Source of the DNA: a virus
Reading direction: 5' to 3' (one strand)
IMG/VR virus record: IMGVR_UViG_3300045988_067228
Coordinates: 1 to 51,498 of that record
DNA length: 51,498 nucleotides
Below the pieces are notes generated by a model. It was not told the DNA's origin. It saw only the letters and a program-made list of their open reading frames with translations, and ran no database searches. Of this stretch, positions 48,943-51,498 are shown piece after piece. Made by a program: the position numbers and the translations under genes. Numbering within the stretch: position 1 is the first letter of the stretch; the number at the start of each line of letters is the position of its first letter.

Positions 48943-49238
48943 AACCGACTTGTATTACTTGCAAAGCTGATTGCCATAACGCCGGGACAACCTCCAAAAT
49001 TGTGGATTGCTCACAGTACAAACCGGGGCGAGTTTTGACCAACGCAGACCGCATCCGGGCCATGAGCGACGAGGAGTTGGCGAGCATTTTCCTCAGAGCC
49101 GACTTTTGTAAGTGTTGTGAGCATGAAAAAGGCGGAGTATGCAATTTCATCTGTGCTTATCCAAACATTCCGATTTATGAAGGGTGCAAACAGGCAGCAT
49201 TGGCGTGGATGAAGCAGCCAGTGGAGGTGGACACCTGA
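48939..49238 (+). CDS. Cys-rich hypothetical protein (99 aa)
   Basis: ATGA coupling. CITCKADC...CKCCEHE... Confidence 0.6.
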   Translation: MKPTCITCKADCHNAGTTSKIVDCSQYKPGRVLTNADRIRAMSDEELASIFLRADFCKCCEHEKGGVCNFICAYPNIPIYEGCKQAALAWMKQPVEVDT

Positions 49239-49429
49239 TGGACTACGAAAAGCTTGTGGCTGAATTAAGAGATTGGTTGCCACCAGAAGATGGCGTACAG
49301 ATTAACGGAGATGGAGAGATTACATATCCGATTTGGTGCGGTCATTTGACACCTGGAGATTTTGGCAAGACCGTCTTTTTGACCCGTGAGGAGGCCGAGG
49401 CCGCACTACGGAGGGAGCAGGATGGTTGA
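49238..49429 (+). CDS. Hypothetical protein (63 aa)
   Basis: TGATG coupling. Confidence 0.5.
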   Translation: MDYEKLVAELRDWLPPEDGVQINGDGEITYPIWCGHLTPGDFGKTVFLTREEAEAALRREQDG

Positions 49430-49805
49430 TTGGGCAGTCATAAAAAGACTTGGGGTATGCTTCCCTGGGTGGTTCATCAACGACCAGGGGGAGTTTATCG
49501 CCCACCAAAAGGCAAACGTATATTTCAATATCAGCACTTGCGAGAGCGAGGTGGATGTAAAATGCAAGGTATTGGAGTGGTTTTCCCGCGCGGCTTGTAA
49601 GTCCACGCCGTTCCGCCGTGCAGTGGACAATACGGCCCTTCATATTTTCTTCCTGAATGGTATAAATCAATATCTTGACACTAGGTTCAATGTGGAGGAT
49701 ATGCGAGAGATTTACACTTATCTCGGGAACGCTTGCAACCATAAAAAAACGATCCGATTTATAGAGAGCGGCTATGATATAGCCATATTGGAGGGACAGG
49801 AATGA
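49422..49805 (+). CDS. Hypothetical protein (127 aa)
   Basis: Overlapping start/stop with neighbours. Confidence 0.55.
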   Translation: MVDWAVIKRLGVCFPGWFINDQGEFIAHQKANVYFNISTCESEVDVKCKVLEWFSRAACKSTPFRRAVDNTALHIFFLNGINQYLDTRFNVEDMREIYTYLGNACNHKKTIRFIESGYDIAILEGQE

Positions 49806-50110
49806 AGGAGTACATCGAGAGAGCGGTTGCTGTCAAGAAATTTGAGAACTATCGCCGTGATTGCGAAGAAGAAAACGACGAAAGAGCGGCACAGATTTTT
49901 GAGGATTGTATATCCGAGCTTATGGCTATCCCCGCCGCTGACGTTGCGGAGGTGAGGCACGGGAGATGGATTTTTGAACCTGGAAAAATCCCGTATTGTT
50001 CGGAGTGCAAAGAGTACAGCGACGATGGAGACAAGGGCGCTACCTTCTGCCCGTGGTGCGGCGTTCGCATGGACAAGGAGGACAACAATGACTCTGGCAG
50101 AGATGTTTAA
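49802..50110 (+). CDS. Hypothetical protein with C-terminal zinc ribbon (102 aa)
   Basis: CSECK...CPWCG. Confidence 0.6.
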   Translation: MKEYIERAVAVKKFENYRRDCEEENDERAAQIFEDCISELMAIPAADVAEVRHGRWIFEPGKIPYCSECKEYSDDGDKGATFCPWCGVRMDKEDNNDSGRDV

Positions 50111-50225
50111 TATCTGCGATACCTGCGTCTATGCTCCATGTCTTTGCGGGAACGAGCCTGAAAATTGTGTAGATTACATACAGCGGAACGGAGCGAAGAT
50201 GGACAAGGAGGACGAGCATGACTAA
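50088..50225 (+). CDS. Small Cys-rich protein (45 aa)
   Basis: AAGGAGGAC SD lies inside the repeated ATGGACAAGGAGGAC block. Confidence 0.45.
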   Translation: MTLAEMFNICDTCVYAPCLCGNEPENCVDYIQRNGAKMDKEDEHD

Positions 50226-50382
50226 GTGCTGCGCCACCTGCGCCTGGTACGAGGACTTCCAGGGCGTGTGCTTTAACGGAGATTCCCCGTACTGCGCGGA
50301 CTTCACGGCGCCGGACCAGCGGTGCGGGGAGTGGGAGAGGAAGGAGATAGACCGTGATAAACACCAATCCGACCCGTTGTAA
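50218..50382 (+). CDS. Small Cys-rich protein (54 aa); not in the ORF track
   Basis: Second AAGGAGGAC SD. MTKCCATCAWYEDFQGVCFNGDSPYCADF... Confidence 0.45.
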   Translation: MTKCCATCAWYEDFQGVCFNGDSPYCADFTAPDQRCGEWERKEIDRDKHQSDPL

Positions 50383-50806
50383 TATCTGCGGAGGGCCTGT
50401 CACTTATGGCTCTAATGCCCGTGTCTATGGACGGGAGTACGGAAGCGGATATTGCTACCTCTGTGAGCAGTGCGGGGCCTATGTAGGGACGCATAAGCCC
50501 CGCCCCCAGGAGGCCCTAGGCCTGCTGGCAGATGAACCGATGCGGACAGGGAAAAAGATGTGTCATGCCCTCTTTGACCCGCTCTGGCAGGGGAAGCCCA
50601 AAGCCCACAAGAAGCGCAACGACCTTTACCGCTGGTTGGCCCATGAAATGGGGATACCCGCGGAAGATTGCCACTTCGGATACTTCGACATTGACCAGCT
50701 CCGGCGGGCGTACATCATCCTGCGGGGAGTGCAGGACAAGCAGATGCGGTATGACAACTGCGGGAAAATCCATTTTGAGGAGGCCGACCATGAAGTTTCG
50801 GAGTAA
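50354..50806 (+). CDS. Zinc-finger protein (DUF3268-like pattern, 150 aa)
   Basis: GTG after AAGGAG. CNICGG...CYLCEQCG. Confidence 0.6.
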   Translation: MINTNPTRCNICGGPVTYGSNARVYGREYGSGYCYLCEQCGAYVGTHKPRPQEALGLLADEPMRTGKKMCHALFDPLWQGKPKAHKKRNDLYRWLAHEMGIPAEDCHFGYFDIDQLRRAYIILRGVQDKQMRYDNCGKIHFEEADHEVSE

Positions 50807-51404
50807 GACGGGAGAAGTTTTTAGCGTTAAAAAGCTTCCTATGGAATGGCTTAAATTTTTTATGTTCCGTGATACAGAATGGGTAAAAGCTCATCCCCAC
50901 GAAGCCGCCCGCCTGATGGGCTATGAGGTGGTGGAAGATGGAAATGTACTTACAAAAAATGATAGCAAAGGTGAAAGTTTGGAGGCCAACATGGACAAGC
51001 CGAGAATTTGCGAGGTGCTGGGGGTTGAACCAGAAGAAAAGTTTGAAATTAGAGGGAACACGTTAGGGCGATTTCGTATCAATAAATATGGGACGTTCCA
51101 GATTGAAATATCAAATAACTACTGGGGATTCTCCACTGTGGAATGTCTTAACAATCTCATAAATCATCCAGAAAACATCGCCCGCAAGCCCCGCTTCACC
51201 CAGCAGGAGGCGGAGAGAGCGAAGGCAATCAAAGTTTTGCTCCCGGAGATCAATGCAATAAAATACGATGGTGCATGGACGCAGTGCCTGGAAATTGTAG
51301 ACGGCACATATTTTCAGAGAGAAGTAATCACCAGACATCTGTTCCCGTCTGTTGAAAAGGGTCAGGTATATACCTTTGACGAGATCATCGGAGGTGCCCA
51401 ATGA
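50790..51404 (+). CDS. Hypothetical protein (204 aa)
   Basis: GAGGAGG SD before ATG 50790. The upstream part of the track ORF is an overlap artefact. Confidence 0.6.
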   Translation: MKFRSKTGEVFSVKKLPMEWLKFFMFRDTEWVKAHPHEAARLMGYEVVEDGNVLTKNDSKGESLEANMDKPRICEVLGVEPEEKFEIRGNTLGRFRINKYGTFQIEISNNYWGFSTVECLNNLINHPENIARKPRFTQQEAERAKAIKVLLPEINAIKYDGAWTQCLEIVDGTYFQREVITRHLFPSVEKGQVYTFDEIIGGAQ

Positions 51405-51498
51405 GAGAAATCCTTTTCAAAGCCAAGCGGCTGGATAATGGAGAATGTGTAGATGGATTCTACTGCTGTATTGGGCCAGTTGGGCAAGAAAAGCACTA
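51401..51498 (+). CDS. YopX-domain protein, N-terminal part (runs off the window end; continues at base 56 of the circle)
   Basis: ATGA coupling with the previous gene. MREILFKAKRLDNGE... is the YopX N-terminal pattern. Confidence 0.85.
   Translation, partial: MREILFKAKRLDNGECVDGFYCCIGPVGQEKH
51444..51498. repeat. Second copy of the 55-bp terminal repeat
   Basis: Identical to 1-55. Confidence 0.95.

Larger units (their letters stand above)
1..51498. mobile_element. Complete temperate siphovirus-like phage/prophage genome, circularly permuted in this window (unit length about 51443 bp)
   Basis: Full set of packaging, head, tail, lysis, integrase/attP, switch and replication modules is present. 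The two ends overlap by 55 bp. Confidence 0.9.

Noticed and set aside
1-51498. CRISPR arrays, diversity-generating retroelement, retron, toxin-antitoxin pairs
   Set aside because: There is no regularly spaced repeat/spacer array. No reverse-transcriptase motifs (YxDD) appear in any ORF. There is no template/variable repeat pair near the tail fiber genes. I could recognise no TA-like two-gene pair.

Overview
The window is a complete, circularly closed temperate siphovirus-like phage or prophage genome of about 51.44 kb. Bases 1-55 repeat 51444-51498, and a YopX gene reads in frame through that junction. The host is probably a Clostridia-type Firmicute, judging by an SLH-like endolysin wall-binding domain, integration at a tRNA-Val 3' end and about 50-55% GC.

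Gene order on the + strand:
- small early/late-regulatory genes (1-1231)
- terS (1480-2091)
- a 5.7-kb accessory island (2097-7780)
- terL, then a 0.9-kb gap holding a structured non-coding region and a 55-aa zinc-ribbon ORF
- portal, MuF-like protein, scaffold and major capsid
- connector and tail genes, with a -1 frameshift chaperone
- an opposite-strand AT-rich lipoprotein moron
- tape measure and tail tip/fiber genes
- XhlA-like protein, holin and amidase
- a post-lysis moron cluster (29970-34116)
- attP carrying a tRNA-Val 3' half, then tyrosine integrase and the CI/Cro-type switch
- recombination, replication and DNA-modification genes (39212-51404)

Observations most worth follow-up:
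1. A roughly 540-nt GC-rich, densely helical non-coding region with its own promoter lies between terL and the portal gene. It is a candidate large structured phage RNA.
2. The motif AGTGCCAAGTGCC occurs in pairs exactly at the three places where the late operon resumes after an inserted module. At each site it forms the 5' arm of a terminator-like or RBS-occluding hairpin.
3. Eight same-strand CGACTAT heptamers sit at the terS 3' end in two reading frames, making a pac-like candidate.
4. Two promoter-plus-terminator small-RNA candidates are present (4478-4552 + and 37617-37685 -).
5. rtcB and an HRHH-motif gene are each interrupted by a single in-frame stop codon.
6. Several uncharacterised moron cassettes are present.

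No CRISPR array, reverse transcriptase (DGR or retron) or full tRNA gene was seen. All family assignments come from reading motifs by eye, not from database searches.
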